DNA of 64,000 nucleotides from Stramenopiles sp. TOSAG23-6 (taxonomy: Eukaryota), in the NCBI GenBank assembly GCA_900128565.1, contig LT635911.1, forward strand, positions 1 through 64,000, in the 5' to 3' direction. Positions 61,201 through 64,000 of this stretch are shown here, in pieces (position 1 is the first letter of the stretch; every line of letters starts with the position of its first letter). The translations under genes and the position numbers were made by a program. The notes beneath the pieces were generated by a model. The model was not told the origin of the DNA. It did not search any database and worked only from the letters and a program-made list of their open reading frames with translations.

Positions 61201-64000
61201 AGATACCAGGGTGTTGTGGCAAAAATTCAATCGATGGTCCGTGGATATCACGGACGTATATTGGCTTCAAACTTGAGAGATTCAATGCGTCGGCTTGAGG
61301 ATGTCGGGTGGTGTGGGCGTGCCGAATATGCTCATACGAGAAAGTACTGGAAATACGTTCTTACTCTACGAACTATACGTATAAAAAAGAAAAAGGGGAT
61401 ANGCCCTGAAGTTTTGGGTGTGTGGGGCTTTGGCGGTATATTTTGTAACTTCGCAAAGGAGCAGGGAGCCTCAAAGCAATTAACCATAGACAATTCTTCT
61501 TTTAAAAAGATGATATCACAAGCACATAATCTTTTGGATAAATCAAAAATAACTGCTACTAAGTGCGATATTATCTTTGCTAAATACAAAAAAAAGAACG
61601 AGCGTGTCCTAAACTTTTCACAGTTTCTCGACGCTCTCTTAGATATAGCAAATCTTAAGTATCCAGCAGCGACAAATTTTAACGAACTAAGAGCACAACA
61701 TAGAATTGGAAAATTGATTCCGAACACGAGAACACCTGGTCGCTTGGGAGGAATTTTCAATCCATTGACACCAGGTGAAATTAGATTAATACTAGTTATC
61801 CATAATCATTTATTATATTCCAACGGGGTAGTTTTTAACAAGAGCGCAAGAAAGAAACTTGAGTCGAAAGTAACAGATGATTTAACATGGGCTCAAAGGG
61901 TGTGCGCTGCATCCTGGCGAAGGTATAAGGGAAAGGAGCTCATGGCACTTTCTAGAATAGCAAAGGAAGCATGGTTGGAAGCAAAGCGAAAGGGTGGTTG
62001 GGTTATTCGTATTCAATTAATGGTCAGGAGATACCAGGCTAAAGCTCGTAGATGGGCTGTTATCAATGATATATTTGTAAAATTTATGGACCCTGAAACT
62101 AAAGAACCGTATTATTTCAACAAAAGAACAAATGAAAAGTCTTGGCATCGACCTGCTTGCCTACGAGATGGTTATTGGGATTATGATGCGAATGATCAAG
62201 CTTATTGGGTTGAAGCGGAAGATCTTGACAATATTTTTACACTTCCGACTCCTGAGCGTGAATTTGTTGTTCTATGTTCGCAATGTGAAGAAGAACGTGT
62301 TGAAGTTGTCTGTCGGGAATGTGAGACACAATTTTGTAGTGCATGTTATGACGACACACACTGTTCAGGTAAACGGAAGAAGCACACAAAACTCCCTGTT
62401 GACATCTGTGGGGAATGTGGTTATCAAGTGGCAACTCGCCACTGTTTAGCGTGTAAGCTTGCTCATAGGAAAACTCCAAAGAAAGCTAAACTTTGTGACA
62501 ATTGCTTTGAAAATATACACATGAAAAAGTCTCACTCATGGACACCAATTGTTGCAACATGTGTAGAGTGTGAGGACTACGCAGTTAAGTGGTGGTGTAT
62601 TGAGTGCGATGAACCATATTGCACAATTTGCTTTGAAAAAGTTCACTCTCATGGCCAAAGGATGCTTCACAATGCGAAACCTGAACCTTTGCTTCTAGTT
62701 GATATTTGGAATAAGAAAATTCAAGAAGAAAGAGCTCGTATAGAAGCAGAACAGCTAGCAGAACGAGATGCACTGCGAGCTCAGTTCCAATTAATGGCGA
62801 TGCATCAGTCCGCTACAAAATTTCAAGCATTGTATCGTGGAAAGATGATCCGTCGCGCAGGGCGTGAGCGTATGAGACAGCAGCGACTTTGGGAGCGAGC
62901 TGAAAGTATTAAGGTTAGACAAGAACAAGATCGGCAAAAGTTGACGTCAACTCGTTTCAAAAATATTGGTCGATCAGCTGCTTCTATTATAATGGAAGAT
63001 AAATTCAGTGAGGAACTGCCGGGAACCGTTACTTTGGTAAGAGATAAGAGAACGCTTCACACGACAGTTGATATCACTGATCTTTTGAAAGAAAACGACC
63101 GTATACTCATTGTTGGGCGCAAGTTCACAGTTAAACGTGCGAGGAGAAAATCGAAGAAGAAGAAGAGACGTAACGCGATTGTCAATAAAAAAACTGACGC
63201 AGCAATTTTAATGGATTCATTGAAATCGCCAGCACAAAGGCTAATTGATAAAATTCGTTTAGAGCAACAACAGAAGGAGAGCATAGAGACCGTATTACAA
63301 ATAATGCTGGTAGAAAAATGGGACGGATTCGGAAATTTTGCAACTGTTCCTTCGAAGAATGTGAAGTTAGATAGTCAGGGAAATTGCACTAGAGTAAAAG
63401 GAGTCAAATGCTATAAGTTGCCAAAACATTCGAAAGTAGCATTGTTCGCGGCAAGACTCGCGGATGGTGTAAGAGAGAAAGGGATCGATATTGGTGGGGT
63501 GTTGAAGGGCCCACCTGGTTCTGAAAGTACAATGACGAAAATTCGTGAAAGTGAAACAGCGGAAGCTCTTTCAAAATTGTGGGGTGTCGCAAAGGATACA
63601 GATGCATATAAAAACGCAATGGATACAAAAGCCGCAAGGATTTCTTCGAACCTTGTCAGTGCAGCAACATCATTGCAAGCACAAGACCTAGCAAACGCAG
63701 TTTCATTTTTAGGAAGAGCAATTCGTGGAAAGGAAGACGTCCGCGCTACTGTGGGAGGCTTTGTCAAGAAAATTAAGGACACCAACAGTATTATGCTTTG
63801 GAATTCGTTGCACGACAAAAAAACTGGAAGAACATACTATTTCTGCGGAGCATCTGGTGAGACTAGCTGGAAAATGCCAGAAGGCGATATTCGAATTGTT
63901 CCTTTTGAAAAGCCTAAGAAGAAACGGGCAGCTGTACTTTCTTCTGACACTGATTCAGATTCGGACGTTCCTTTGGCAAAGAAGTTTAAACGTCTTTTAC
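58300..64000 (+). CDS. Duplicate copy (3'-partial) of the IQ/p25-alpha/WW/B-box protein
   Basis: ATGTCTGACAAA at 58300, reverse complement of 21406 downward. Confidence 0.85.
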   Translation, partial: MSDKKFFRVGARRKSSTPIDHFNDEPVGQDMTDIQDLLSQIETGNASSLKVSRNIISSQFGISPYTKKNQISESKIKRRRRKRYRQERLTENQKKDQLGPMNSLVSIGSYNIGDIIGSGYAEDGSFGPGGSFVVPPLSSVRSVANKPRSSTIRRKISKSVTSNPTVGLGLLDRREEYSLQPMHLSDRKSQLTIEEFLSRPKELEDEAKALEQNIRYKRMQNDTNFQVKLYHLQRTAQQHRKYILQKRGIIPGYKSSLNKDEKPIEYTPPPKLPILSAISPHMAKELDKIPAPNFAVRQAIKQIEKQFTKSDHLDPFHELRKKQHETLARKHKFPTSYIGTTPLPQVSQKDFTKPQVSQKDSTKTKISRHQDVVRTSXSKSKDIQIHENNILDRENNKDICLHSENNEGFSETENVEQETDPKVINIEKTPIALHSTSVKKPGFVLHGLSAHCLKSATGLTSTNLIQTPQAIDPPTKQRHNILKHSAEESRLQVNEMKYQSTRMMSAMLQRLPRNLVAKAMNDEVYGFRMKRFVNMIKKSLNNMIIKYLELGLHRWREEIQRQILASRIKYATIIQRRYRIYWGWKDIQDKLGRIRNQEREAQKDSRERVLRRIQGTIHLQRLYRGYESRKSTKKFKLLVESCKKVQQHYRIHHSKALMFFLKILKEAKIRLAVHAQRIFRAFRDRKHVKLLLTLRRMRRAKVQRERERAERLLLFRKHGAANYIKEWWRGIERYKQLRNLIKARKFKMALRVQRYITGTFKERRRFLAKKKVQYHLRRILQVQACKKIREDLYWSKIRITAQRRQKKKQAGEADLQELSYFGGRFKTVVDMQALKKNKHKLRRAVKLGIFNKARKLEKAAILVQKCYRGKLGRKKVKCKIHLMQKARIKSKIEKRMNAVILVQSRIRGHLMKKRVLMKRYGPAASKIQRRFLKWNSARKKKMAIVLQRYLKGSMQRKKFRALLDRMRRYQGVVAKIQSMVRGYHGRILASNLRDSMRRLEDVGWCGRAEYAHTRKYWKYVLTLRTIRIKKKKGIXPEVLGVWGFGGIFCNFAKEQGASKQLTIDNSSFKKMISQAHNLLDKSKITATKCDIIFAKYKKKNERVLNFSQFLDALLDIANLKYPAATNFNELRAQHRIGKLIPNTRTPGRLGGIFNPLTPGEIRLILVIHNHLLYSNGVVFNKSARKKLESKVTDDLTWAQRVCAASWRRYKGKELMALSRIAKEAWLEAKRKGGWVIRIQLMVRRYQAKARRWAVINDIFVKFMDPETKEPYYFNKRTNEKSWHRPACLRDGYWDYDANDQAYWVEAEDLDNIFTLPTPEREFVVLCSQCEEERVEVVCRECETQFCSACYDDTHCSGKRKKHTKLPVDICGECGYQVATRHCLACKLAHRKTPKKAKLCDNCFENIHMKKSHSWTPIVATCVECEDYAVKWWCIECDEPYCTICFEKVHSHGQRMLHNAKPEPLLLVDIWNKKIQEERARIEAEQLAERDALRAQFQLMAMHQSATKFQALYRGKMIRRAGRERMRQQRLWERAESIKVRQEQDRQKLTSTRFKNIGRSAASIIMEDKFSEELPGTVTLVRDKRTLHTTVDITDLLKENDRILIVGRKFTVKRARRKSKKKKRRNAIVNKKTDAAILMDSLKSPAQRLIDKIRLEQQQKESIETVLQIMLVEKWDGFGNFATVPSKNVKLDSQGNCTRVKGVKCYKLPKHSKVALFAARLADGVREKGIDIGGVLKGPPGSESTMTKIRESETAEALSKLWGVAKDTDAYKNAMDTKAARISSNLVSAATSLQAQDLANAVSFLGRAIRGKEDVRATVGGFVKKIKDTNSIMLWNSLHDKKTGRTYYFCGASGETSWKMPEGDIRIVPFEKPKKKRAAVLSSDTDSDSDVPLAKKFKRLL

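Larger units (their letters stand above)
53436..64000 (-). repeat. Inverted duplicate of 15706-26270 (at least 10.5 kb)
   Basis: Position x maps to 79706-x; identical ORF translations; shared N bases 18304/61402 and 20277/59429. Confidence 0.97.

Noticed and set aside
536-63818. Numerous short antisense or overlapping ORFs in the track
   Set aside because: Shadows of real genes or low-complexity sequence, with no recognisable motifs

Overview
Gene-dense, AT-rich nuclear DNA from a microbial eukaryote. Axonemal-type genes suggest a flagellate, and a SAR/stramenopile-like lineage is a guess. About 23 unique protein genes lie in 1-53435: WDR12, FKBP, DDX11, mL49, CDT2/DTL, RPA2/POLR1B, SLC26, RNF121-like, DHX35, HCF101-like, a kinesin, two kinases and a Gemin8-like gene, among others. 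Bases 53436-64000 are an apparently exact inverted copy of 15706-26270 that shares the same N bases, most likely an assembly or amplification artefact. The main finding is a family of four sequence-related 101-105 nt introns, three in DDX11 and one in RPA2. They begin GTAYGT but end in AT, not AG, when conserved protein motifs are restored. They share an internal TTTCRTACGAMATTTYGTACCTAAC block and a conserved 3' tail, and they coexist with ordinary GT-AG introns. Also notable: a candidate intronic box C/D snoRNA with compensatory C/D boxes, a DHX35 whose DEAH motif reads DDIH, a kinesin whose motor starts upstream of any ATG, and a 14-bp promoter motif shared by two probable mitochondrial genes.
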